Assembly (NCBI GenBank): GCA_964016885.1
Contig: OZ024743.1
Location: 229,648,001-229,712,000, forward strand
Reading direction: 5' to 3'
Length of the DNA stretch: 64,000 nucleotides
Source: Eledone cirrhosa
Lineage: Eukaryota
Position numbers and translations under genes: made by a program. The notes under the pieces were generated by a model. That model saw only the letters and a list, made by a program, of their open reading frames with translations. It did no database searches and was not told where the DNA came from. This document shows, in pieces, positions 1-10,994 of the stretch (its first letter is position 1; the number at the start of each line of letters is the position of its first letter).

Positions 1-165
1 TAATTCCCCTCTGCACGAAGCAGCTGAAAGCCTTCCTCACAAAATAACACCTCACACCGACACCACCATTGTAAATGTTACAACGTTTGCCAACACAAAA
101 AAAAATATAAGCAGTAGCAATATTTTAAATTTGTCTCAGACAGACATTCATTTCCCGCCATTACC

Positions 166-1978
166 AATGACTGCAGGTGTTAAACCCTCCACCACCACCA
201 CCACCGCGACAACCACCACCACCACCACCACCGCGACAACAGAAACAAAAGAAGAAAAAAATAAATTAACTCGTGACGTCGAAATGAAATCAAGCAAAAT
301 GGACTCTTCCCCACCAAAGACGACTGACGCCACCACCACCACAACTGAAAATAAAATTAATATTAACGATAGCAACAACAACAACAATGACATTATAAAA
401 CCGACCCTCAGTTTCGCCATCGTAGCAAAACAATTCGAAGCGTTCACGGTAACTCAAGAAGATTTAGAAAATGCCAAACAAATGGTAAAGAAAGATGGGT
501 ACAGGGTCAGCCTCACCCCCCCCCCCCCCCACCTAATAAAATGGAGCATCGGCGCCTGTGCACCGTGTCGTATAGAACAATAAATGTAAAATCGCGCCGA
601 GTGGAACGGGCATCCGAGTCCCAAATCCAAAAAGCTTTGGGACATGTGTGGGCAAGAAAAACCCACATCAGACGTGGGCAAAAGTATGGAACCGTGGATG
701 TGTTCTTTGAAACACCAGAGGAGGCTAGAGAACACTCCATGGCCCCATTAAAAAGTGACGACTTCACACTCGTCCCAAGCTATTGTGGCCAGAGACTCGT
801 AAAGATCAGGGTGACCCACGTTCCACCGGCCATCGAAATTCCCTGGCTAATAGCGGCTGTCATCGCCGGCATCGAGGCCAACACGAAAATAATAACAATA
901 GCAAAAGAAAAGCAGGAAAACTGGTCCGGATCTGGGATGGAGCTCCTGATCCAAGCGGACCAAAAAAGCATTGAGGAGATCCCAGAGGTAATAGACCTCA
1001 CTGACGGCAGCCACCTCACGGTAATTGTCGAGGGCAGAAGACCTAGGTGTGTCGTTTGTGGTGAAGGAACCCACCTAAGGGCTTTCTGCCCTCAGGCTAA
1101 AAGGTTGAGGCCACCTCTCCTACCCACCCCAGTGACACAACCATCAACACCACCAGTAGCAGAGATGCCAGCAACCAACAACAGAAGCAACTATAACAGC
1201 AACAACCCCAGCAACAGTAGCATAACCAACACCACTACCACCACCAGCAAAACCAACACCACCACCACCCAACGCTTCAGAACTAGCACCAGCGCCTACA
1301 CCATCCACCACACCACAACCAAAACTAACGGCTGTGGAGGATTTTCCACTCCCCGGCCTATCACAACTGGAGACAGATTGTGACGACGAGGAGTGGGAAA
1401 CGATATCCGGAAAAAAAAAAGAAACCAAAAAAGAAAAAAATTCTCTTCCGTCCCCCTCCAAAAACAAAATACAGAGGGAAACAAATAAACTAAGAAACAA
1501 AAAAGTTAGGACAGATATGCCACCATCCACACCAGCATCACCAACCCCATCAACCCAAACACCAACACCATCACCATCATTAACTCCAACACCACCATCA
1601 CCTACACCACAAAAGTCACCAAAATGCGAAACAGAAACAAACCCACAACAAACGCAAACAAAACAAAACAACCAAAACGATACACACTACACAGCATTAA
1701 ATTTGAACAACAAGCATTTATTGCACTACATCCAACACAACACCAGCATCACAGAAAAAGACTACACAACAACCCCAAAATTCACACCACCTCCACACAT
1801 ACAAATCACTCGCATCACACAGAAAACGTACATGACACTAAAACAAAAATTCCCCAAAGACATCGGAGACTTCCGACAAGCACTCTCCAGGAGGATTTAT
1901 AAGGACATCCTTCCTGAGGAGGCCACAAGCAGTGAAAAGGATGGAAAAACCGTCCTTCCCCTACGAGAAGTAAGGTAA
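166..1978 (+). pseudogene. LINE ORF1, gag-like RNA-binding protein with CCHC zinc knuckle, split over three frames
   Basis: ORFs 131-583, 541-1383 (CVVCGEGTHLRAFC = CX2CX4HX4C) and 1334-1978; stop lies 34 nt before the ORF2 ATG. Confidence 0.8.
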
Positions 1979-2012
1979 GTGGTCTTTCCCATCTTTTCCA
2001 CTCCTTTTCAAC

Positions 2013-4448
2013 ATGACCTCACTCAGAATAGGCAGCATAAATGCGCGTGGCTTGGGGTCGTCATGGAAGCAGGGCCACCTGCTCAACGACCTCAGGTCAC
2101 TAAACATAGATGTAGTGGCCATCAGCGAGACCAGAATCTCCGAAGCACAGGCTTTCGCACCGATCTTCGGCGGCTACGATGTGTACGCATCTCCCAGCCG
2201 TCCGGGATCGGGGGGTGGAGTTGCTGTGCTTTTTCGGAGAGGTTTGGATCTTGCCATACGGGCCATATTCCTGGACCCAGAAGGTAAGTTGGTGGTGCTG
2301 GACGTGACCAGCGGAGACGGGCAAGCTTTCAGGTTAGTGGCCGTCTATGCCCCGACAGGAGCAGGGCGGCCTGATTTCTTCCGGCGTCTGGAGACCTTTC
2401 TTGGAACGTCCCGCTCTTTAGTGTTAGTGGGCGACTGGAACGGGATCTTAGATGCACGCTGGGATTGTGTGGGATTAGTGGATAGGGAAGGAGGGTGCAA
2501 GAGTCTCACCAACCTGCTCAGACGTTTTGAACTGTCTGACAGGTACCGAATGGATTTCCCGAATGTACCAATGTGGACTTGGACAAATCGCATAGGGTCA
2601 TCCAGATCATATCTAGATAGAGTATTTTGTAGGGAAATAGATAGGTCTAGCATAGGCTGTCCACAATTCAAGATAGTCAGCTACACGGACCACAAATTCG
2701 TGATCTGTGTGCTTGACTTAGATAGGCTTCATAGACAAGGACCCGGCTACTGGAAGCTAAACGCGTCCTTACCAGCGCGCAAGGCCTACAGAGACCGGAT
2801 TAGCGAACTAGTTAAGCGGGCGTTGACGGGGGCCATCGTCAACAACAAGTGGTGGTTTGCTCTGAAAAGAGCAATTAGAATAGAGTCCATTAGGTTTAGT
2901 AAGACTTTAGCAATAGAGAAAAATAGAGCAGAGGGAGAATTAGTTACAAAAATTAGATGAGGCGCTTAGCAAAGGCATCGCGACCGACGTACTTGCGGCG
3001 AAATTGGCCCTTGACCAATTCTTCAATGCAAAGCACGAAGGCTGCGTTGTCAGAGCTAGGGTGTGTGCTCTCAGACACGAGGGGACGAAAGCCGTTCAAT
3101 GGGCCCGAGTGGCGGAGGCGCGTCGTGGTAACAAAGCCACGATCCGGTCTTTGGTGGACCACGACGGGCGCATGCTACTCGATCCCGGGCAAATGTGTGA
3201 AGCTTTTCAGCGACACTTCGCTCAACTGTTCGGGGGCAGTGGCGGGCCGGATCGAGGGATGGACTTTAGTGTCTACCTCGACGGACTGCCGCGGCTTTCG
3301 GCCACTGAGGCGGAGTGTTGCGAAAAGCCGATAACAACCGCTGAAGTACGGGATGCAATGACTAGTTGCACAAGGGGTAAATCGCCTGGTTTGGATGGTC
3401 TGCCCTATGAACTTTACGTACAAATGCCAAACTTGTTCGGAGGCCTCTTGGCGGACGTCTACTGCAACTGGCAACAGAACGGGAGAATTCCCAGCTCTGT
3501 GAGCCGAGGAGCGGTGGCGCTGCTGAGAAAGGATCCGAACAAGGGGGATAACATAGATAATTTTAGGCCCATAACTCTGCTAAACACAGAGTTCAAGATT
3601 TTGGCCAAGGTGCTAGCAAAGAGGTTGGCGCTTGTCGTTAGTGGTCTGGTGGGAGAGGCACAGACATGCGCCATTCCCGACAGATCTATCCACGACAACC
3701 TCCACCTCATGCGATACATCGTAGAGTAGAGAGGGTAGCTAGGGAACCTGGCACGGGTGGGTCTTTGATCAATTTAGATCAGTCGAAAGCTTTCGATAGG
3801 GTCGACCATCGTTACCTAACGGCAGTCCTGAGGGCGGCTGGCTTTGGGCCCGTCTTCAGAGGCTGGATCGCTGCCATGCACAGCGACATCTGCTCTGTAG
3901 TGAGAGTGAACGGTCACCTTTCGGAACCGTTCAACATCATGCGCTCGGTCCGCCAAGGATGTCCCCTCTCGTCCCTATTGTACGTATTGACTCTCGAGCC
4001 ATTACTGCACAAACTGGAGACGTTGAGGGGCGTCCCGCGCGAACTAGGATGCGGAAGATCCGTGTCAGCATATGCCGACGATGTCACCGTAGTGGTGTCG
4101 AACGCCAAACACATCGAGGCGATCGGCACTACACTAAGAGGATACGAAGCGGTGACAGGAGCAATGATCAACCAGGAAAAGTCAGTGGGCCTGCAGCTCG
4201 GCACCTGGAGAGGCAGGTCCATGCCGTCCAACAGCGTCGTCGGGCGCTGGACGGACGGACCGGTTAAATTGCTGAAGACGAGCACTTACCTCTTCGGTGA
4301 TGCCCTGATTAACTTTTTCAAATTTCATTTGAAAAGGAAAATCAGGGTAGAGAGGGAAGTGCTCTCTTCCCAGCATTTTGTTGAAAGATGGGTGAGAGAA
4401 GCAAGTATGGCCCGAATGAATGGGCCTTCTCTGAGTATGTGTCTGTAA
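2013..4448 (+). pseudogene. LINE ORF2: APE endonuclease + reverse transcriptase, disrupted
   Basis: APE motifs (SINARGL, SET, VYAP, GDWN, LDRVF, TDH); RT motifs KSPGLDG, FRPITLLN, DQSKAFDRVDH, VRQGCPLS, AYADD; frameshifts near 2955 and 3725; about 0.96 kb missing at 4272 relative to copy 2. Confidence 0.92.
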
Positions 4449-4691
4449 ATTAAGGGTGGAAAACTGGGAGAGGGTACTTGCCCTGGTGGTCAGGGCCACT
4501 GTGGTCTTTTAAATGGGCTTTCTCCACAAATGTCCCTTGGAAGTTTCCCCCTTATTGGGGAATTTTTCTTTGTTATTTTATTTCAACCTCTGTTTTTTTA
4601 CACGCAGAAATGCCCATTTGTACCGTCCTGTATTGTCCTGTACTGTCCTTAATGTCTACTTTATGTGAACCCTTGTGGTTAATAAAGAAAA

Positions 4692-4737
<46 letters not shown>

Positions 4738-4739
4738 GT

Positions 4740-7700
4740 TATTACTCCTTGAGTCTCCTTGTAAATATGGTGTTTCAACCACTTCGTTTTGAGGGCCTGC
4801 TCCTGCGCAGCCATTAACATTCCTTCTGTAGCCTTTTTAAGGTCTCTTCTTTTCAACCAGTTCCCTGTCTGTGGATCTCTAAGTTCAGTTTTCTCAAAGA
4901 AGGTACTATGAAGGGATTTTTCCTGAAGGCTGCTCTTTCTCCTTGATGTTATTTCCTCCTTGGACATCCCCTGGCCTATTGTCCCCTCCTTCAGTACAGT
5001 TCTGAGCATTGGCTCTTTACTATCAGTCACGTATTTGTGTAGGTTGTTTTTCTCCATCTGAACACAGTCCTCTATGCTGATAAGACCTCTTCCACCCTCA
5101 GATCTCCTTAAGTAGAGTCTATCGACATCACTCCTCTTGTGGAACATGTTGTAGATAGTCAATAACGTCCTAGTCTTCCTATCCATTTCTTTTTGTTCAG
5201 CAACATTCCATCTCAGAATTCCCGCACTGTACCTAATAATAGACACAGCTCGGGAATTTACTGCACTTATGGCATTTCTGCTGTTCAGATGTGACTTCAA
5301 TACGCTCCTTACTCTCCGAATGTATTCAGTTCTTAACAATTCCTTCATTTTTTTGTTCTTTATGCCATCAGCCTCCAGAACGCCCAAATACTTGTATCCT
5401 TCCTCAGAGTCAATTTCCTTTATCATCTCACCTGTTGGTATCTGGATTCCGTTACTTATGCTCAACCTACCCCTCCTCATCACAATGACTCCACACTTAC
5501 TAATACCAAATTGCATACATATATCACTGCTGAAAATACGGACAGTGTGAACAAGCACATCCAACTCCTTCTCACTCTTCCCGAAGAGCTTAAGATCGTC
5601 CATGAAGAGGAGGTGATTGATGGTAAGCCCTCCCTTTCCCAACCTGTATCCTGCTCTCACTTTTCGCGGTACACTGGTCAGGGGCATCAGGGCAAGGACA
5701 AACAACAGAGGGGACAGGCTATCTCCCTGGAAGATACCTCTCTTGATCTTCACGCTTCCCAAGGATTCTCCAGTTGATGTCAACTCTGTTTCCCAGGACC
5801 TCATACTTTTGGCCAACAACTGTCTGATGTTATCTGCCACCTTGAAGATCTCCAGGCTTTTGGTGATCCAAGAATAGGCACCATGTCAAATGCCTTTCTG
5901 TAGTCTATCCATCCCATGGAAAGATCAGTGTGTCTCCTCTTGCAATTCCCCATTACCATCTTATCAATAAGTAAGTGGTCCTTTGTACCACGTGACTTCT
6001 TTCGGCATCCTTTCTGTTCGTCCGGTAACAAGTTGTTTGTGTGGAGGTGATGGTAGATTTCCTCAGACACAATGCTTGTCAACAGTTTCCACATTACGGA
6101 CAGACATGTAATAGGTCTATAGTTGGTAACATCATTACCCTTGATTCGGTCTTTCATTATCAGAACTGTGGTACCTTTTGTCAACCACTCTGGTACCTCA
6201 CCTGACATCAAGCAGACATTGAACATGGTTGTCAGTTTCGGGTGGAGGGATGTTATATTTTTAATCCAATACCCCTGCACACCATCTGGGCCTGGTGATT
6301 TCCAGTTGGTTAGTTTTTTGGCCTGCCCCTTAAGAGTATCAACTGTCATACTCAAATCAGTTTGTTGGTGTGCCTGTTCACTGATCTGCTTCTGTACTGT
6401 CTCAATCCACACTGCCTGTTCATTATGTCTAACATCCTGCTCCCATATTCCTCTCCAGAATGTTTTAGTTTGTTCCGCCTCAGGGATCAAGTCGTTGCCT
6501 CTTTCTTTCCCTTCAAGCTGTCCAAACAGCATCTTCTGGTTGTTGTCGAACATGCGGTTCTGTTTATACTGACTGACTCTGTTCTCGTATCGCCTGATTT
6601 TTGCACTCTTTGCTACAATGCGTTGCTTCAGTTCCTCTATGATAATATTTAGCTTTTTACTCCTAGTTTTGTATTTTATTTCCAGTCTATTTTTAGTGCC
6701 TATGTTTTTTAGTGTCCCATTCAGTAGTGACTCAAGCTTTCCTATGTCATTCCTCATTTCCCCGATTTGCCCACTCAGTCGCTTCTTCCACCACGGCTCT
6801 GCTCTTTCTTGTCTGTTGTTTCCTCTCGCTTTTATACCAAGTAGTTTCCTCACCGTATTTGCTGTTGCTTTGAGGATATTGTTGCACTGGTGAAGGCTCC
6901 TCGCCTCAAGGTATGGGATGACTTTGTTTACCTTAGCTGTTGTTTCTTTTAACTTTTTCCTGTCTACAAATCTTAGGTTCATAGGTCTCCCACTATCATT
7001 GTTCAATTCATCTACCACTAAATTTAGGATGTCAACCGAATCTTGTCCTAGCCCGTCAGCATTCATCTCCTCAGTGGCCGTATCTCTGTTCCAGGTATTA
7101 TTTATCTCAGTATTCAGATCATTGTCTGCTTCGGGTGGTTCCTCCGTTCTCATACCTCTTCACCTTCATTTCCCACTGGCTCGCTTGTCTGGCATACTAC
7201 ACCCGCCATCTCCAAGCCATTCTCTCTGCTCAGTTCCTCCAGTTCCAGCTCGCTTATCCACCCATTAGTTCTTATTACCCGAGCCTGCCCGGCCAATTTT
7301 TGTTCATCTAATTTAAATAAACCAATCTCGTTCCAGATGTTATGCATCCGTCTCCTGTAGCCCCTCTCCTTGGGGTTACTTTTCAGGTAGCATTGCATAA
7401 CAGTTCTATTCAATTCTTTCGTCCAGTTGGTTCTGGCCCCCTTCCTTCTTCTTCTTCCTCCAACATCAGCAGTATTTGGTTGACAGTCAGGTTCCTGCTG
7501 CTGAGCCAGGGGGCACCTGTTGGGTGAGAGTCTGTCACATGACGTTCTAGTCTCCATTTCACCGTTATTCGAACTGTTTATGTTCGATATTTAAACACTC
7601 TTATCGAGGATTGGCGAATGTATGTTTACATAGCCATCTGTGGATCCGCCATCCCACTTGGCCCTTGTGTGGCATTATCACCACGCTGTATACGAACACA
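4740..7700 (-). mobile_element. R4/Dong-clade RLE LINE, copy 1 (near-complete 5' end, frameshifted, endonuclease region deleted)
   Basis: ORFs 7150-7557, 5801-7153, 4656-5840 with KSPGPDG, YRPITCL, GIFQGDSLSP, LLFMDD, YKYLG; 3' terminus resembles copy 2 and abuts (TAA)n; 5' limit approximate. Confidence 0.88.
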
Positions 7701-8637
7701 CATAAACAAACAAACACACAGGCAGAAAGGGCCCCAAAAATGAATAAGCATAAGTTTCATTGTAATGTAGTGTTCGAATGTCTGACTTAGTTTTTGTTTT
7801 TTAAGTTTTACTTTTTCCCCCCTCTTCTCTGTCCGTCCGCCTGCTTCTCTCTTCATTCTTATTTTCTTTACGTTTTTGGGGTTTCTTTTTTGTTTTTGTT
7901 TTTCTCTGTTTGTTTTTCTCGTTTTTGCTGTTGTTGCTGTGCTGCTTTGGTTTTGTTGTTTGTTTTTTCTTTTTTCTTTTGAGCCTATCTATATATTTTG
8001 ATGTCTTCCTCTTTGTTAGTAGTAGGAATTCTATAATGTGGAAGTAGCAGCCAGCTTGGAGGAGTGGGAGACTGGCGGCGGTAGCGATACTGAGACAGTG
8101 GTGGTGGTGATGTCGATACCGAGGCAGTGGTGGCGGTGATGTGACCGTATTACTGTAGTGATGGTGCTGTAGCGGTGGCAGCAGTGAAGGGGTCAAGGGG
8201 TGGTGGCGGCGGTGATGGGATAGTGGTGGTAATGATGGCCGTAGTGAGCGGTGGCGGTGAGGGTGAAAATGCCGTTATCTGGCTGTTGTGTTTAGTGTAC
8301 ACAGATGATGGGGTGGGTGGTGTATCTAGTTTCTGGTGTTGGTGAATTTGGCTGTCCTATATAGTGTAGCCAGAGGAGAGGAGGGGGGGGGGGGTTCTTC
8401 TTCCATTTATAGCCATTTTCTTTTTTGGATATACAGTGTACAATACAAAGTTGAATATTTGGATATTTGAGCCTTATAACAATATATTTTGGGTCCGAAT
8501 TTTTTTGGGCTCAAGCCGGGTGCTTTACGTAGCATTTGTACTAAGAGTTGTTATTTCACAAATGATTTAAATATGTTAAAAATTCAAAACTTACGGGAGC
8601 GATTTCATGACCTCCGTCACCTCGTGCGTCTTCTTCC

Positions 8638-8638
<1 letters not shown>
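7700..8638 (-). mobile_element. Probable 5' UTR/ORF1 remnant of another LINE
   Basis: Begins right at the (AAT)n tract; Pro/Thr/His-rich and K/Q-rich low-complexity coding similar in composition to Tx1 ORF1; no diagnostic motif. Confidence 0.35.
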
Positions 8639-8680
<42 letters not shown>

Positions 8681-8689
8681 GTTATTGTT

Positions 8690-10914
8690 ATTCCTTGAAT
8701 CTCAGTCATTGATGTTGGTTAACTGGAAAGTCCGTTGGATTGAATATCAAGCCACTACCTGCAGCCTCAGATATTCAGGACGTATCGGAGGGTTCTTGCT
8801 GTTCCAAGCAAGCATGCCTTTTGAAGCGTTCCAAAAAGCGTGAAGGGGTCGATTTTCTTTAACCATCCCTGGAAACCTTTGGAGATAGTCCCCAGTGCGC
8901 CTATGACAATCGGGATCACTTTGACTTCATGGCAGTTCCAAATCCTTTTCACCTCCCACTTTAGGTCCTGGTATCGGTTAATTTTCTCCCTCTCCTTCTC
9001 TTGCACTCTCGTGTCGAACGGGCAGGCCACATCCACAATCAGGCACGATCTTTTTTCTTTGTCCACAACCACCAGGTCAGGTCTATTGTGTTCCAGTTTT
9101 TTGTCCGTCTGTATCCTAAAATCCCACAGCACCTTCACCTGACTGTTCTCCATCACCGCCTCTGGCCTATGCTCATACCATTTCTCAGAATGTGGTAGAT
9201 TGTTTACTTTGCACAGGTGCCAGTGGATCACCCTGCCTATCACATCGTGTCTCCAGCCCTTATAGTGGGTCTGGGCTAGGTGTTTACACTCGGACACAAT
9301 GTGAGCCACAGTCTCCTCTCTCTCTCCACAGATCCTGCACAGTGGGCTAGCCTCCTCCTTGTTGATATGGTGCTTCAACCACTTCGTTTTGAGGGCCTGC
9401 TCCTGCGCAGCCATTAGCATTCCTTCTGTAGCCTTTTTGAGGTCTCCTCTTCTCAACCAGTTCCATGTCTGTTTATCTCTAAATTCAGTTTTCTCAAAGA
9501 AGGTACTATGAAGGGATTTTCCCTTAAGGCTGCTCTTCCTCCTTGATGTTATTTCCTCCTTGGACATCCCCTGGCCTACTGTCCCCTCCTTCAGTACAGT
9601 TCTGAGCATTGGCTCCTTACTATAGCTCACGTATTTGTATAGGTTGTTTTTCTCCATCTGAACACAGTCCTCTATGCTGATAAGACCTCTTCCACCCTCA
9701 GATCTCCTTAGGTAGAGTCTATCGACATCACTCCTCTTGTGGAACATGTTGTAGATAGTCAATAGCTTCCTAGTCTTCCTATCCATTTCTTTTTGTTCAG
9801 CAACATTCCATCTCAGAATTCCCGCACTGTACCTAATAATAGACACAGCTCGGGAATTTACTGCGCTTATGGCATTTCTGCTGTTCAGATGTGACTTCAA
9901 TACGCTCCTTACTCTCCGAATGTATTCAGTTCTTAACAATTCCTTCATTTTTTTGTTCTTTATACCATCAGCCTCCAGAACGCCTAAATACTTGTATCCT
10001 TCCTCAGAGTCAATTTCCTTTATCATCTCACCTGTTGGTATCTGGATCCCGTTACTTCTGCTCAACCTACCCCTCTTCATCACAATGACTCCACATTTAC
10101 CAATACCAAACTGCATACATATATCACTGCTGAAAATACGGACAGTGTCAACAAGCACATCCAACTCCTTCTCACTTTTCCCGAAGAGCTTAAGATCGTC
10201 CATGAAGAGGAGGTGATTGATGGTAAGCTCTCCCCTTCCCAACTTATATCCTGCTCTCACTTTTCGCAGCATAATGGTCAAGGGCATCAGGGCAAGGACA
10301 AACAACAGAGGGGACAGGCTATCTCCCTGGAAGATACCTCTCTTGATCTTCACGCTTCCCAAGGATACTCCAGTTGATGTCAACTCTGTCTCCCAGGACC
10401 CCATACTCTTGCCCAGCAACTGTCTGATGTTATCTGCCACCCTGAAGACCTCCAGGCTTTTGGTGATCCAGGAATGAGGCACCATGTCAAATGCCTTTCT
10501 GTAGTCTATCCATCCCATGGCAAGATCAGTGTGTCTCCTCTTGCAATTCCCCATTACCATCTTATCAATAAGCAACTGGTCCTTTGTACCACGTGACTTC
10601 TTTCGGCATCCTTTCTGTTCGTCCGGTAACAAGTTGTTTGTGTGGAGGTGATGGTAGATTTCCTCAGACACAATGCTCGTCAACAGTTTCCACATTACGG
10701 GCAGACATGTGATAGGTCTATAGTTGGTAACATCATTACCCTTGATTCGGTCTTTCATTATCAGAACTGTGGTACCTTTTGTCAACCACTCTGGCACCTC
10801 ACCCGACACCAAGCAGTCATTGAACATGGCCGTCAGCTTCGGGTGGAGGGATGTTAAATGTTTAATCCAATACCCCTGCACACCATCTGGGCCTGGTGAT
10901 TTCCAGTTGGTTAG

Positions 10915-10916
<2 letters not shown>
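8690..10916 (-). mobile_element. R4/Dong-clade RLE LINE, copy 2, 5'-truncated, inserted in a (TAA)n microsatellite
   Basis: (TTA)n on both sides (8639-8690 and 10917-10993); uninterrupted reading frame; Dong elements are known to target TAA repeats. Confidence 0.92.
8767..10881 (-). CDS. Reverse transcriptase + CCHC zinc finger + restriction-like (PD-D/ExK) endonuclease, 704 aa, N-terminally truncated
   Basis: GIFQGDSLSP, FMDD, CRICG..HIVSEC, RHD, RPDLVVVD..IVDVACP..EKINRY. Confidence 0.92.
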   Translation of the reverse strand: MQGYWIKHLTSLHPKLTAMFNDCLVSGEVPEWLTKGTTVLIMKDRIKGNDVTNYRPITCLPVMWKLLTSIVSEEIYHHLHTNNLLPDEQKGCRKKSRGTKDQLLIDKMVMGNCKRRHTDLAMGWIDYRKAFDMVPHSWITKSLEVFRVADNIRQLLGKSMGSWETELTSTGVSLGSVKIKRGIFQGDSLSPLLFVLALMPLTIMLRKVRAGYKLGRGELTINHLLFMDDLKLFGKSEKELDVLVDTVRIFSSDICMQFGIGKCGVIVMKRGRLSRSNGIQIPTGEMIKEIDSEEGYKYLGVLEADGIKNKKMKELLRTEYIRRVRSVLKSHLNSRNAISAVNSRAVSIIRYSAGILRWNVAEQKEMDRKTRKLLTIYNMFHKRSDVDRLYLRRSEGGRGLISIEDCVQMEKNNLYKYVSYSKEPMLRTVLKEGTVGQGMSKEEITSRRKSSLKGKSLHSTFFEKTEFRDKQTWNWLRRGDLKKATEGMLMAAQEQALKTKWLKHHINKEEASPLCRICGEREETVAHIVSECKHLAQTHYKGWRHDVIGRVIHWHLCKVNNLPHSEKWYEHRPEAVMENSQVKVLWDFRIQTDKKLEHNRPDLVVVDKEKRSCLIVDVACPFDTRVQEKEREKINRYQDLKWEVKRIWNCHEVKVIPIVIGALGTISKGFQGWLKKIDPFTLFGTLQKACLLGTARTLRYVLNI

Positions 10917-10993
<77 letters not shown>

Positions 10994-10994
<1 letters not shown>

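Larger units (their letters stand above)
1..4745 (+). mobile_element. Tx1/L1-clade LINE, copy 1 (ORF1 + APE-RT ORF2, frameshifted, internally deleted), ending in AATAAA then (ATT)n
   Basis: Zinc-knuckle ORF1, APE and RT motifs, AATAAA at 4681 followed by an (ATT)n tail; highly similar to 10994-14440. Confidence 0.9.

Noticed and set aside
7560-7700. HDV-like ribozyme at the Dong element 5' end
   Set aside because: Plausible for the clade, but I could not build the nested pseudoknot on the sense strand; the GGCGAATG motif is on the wrong strand
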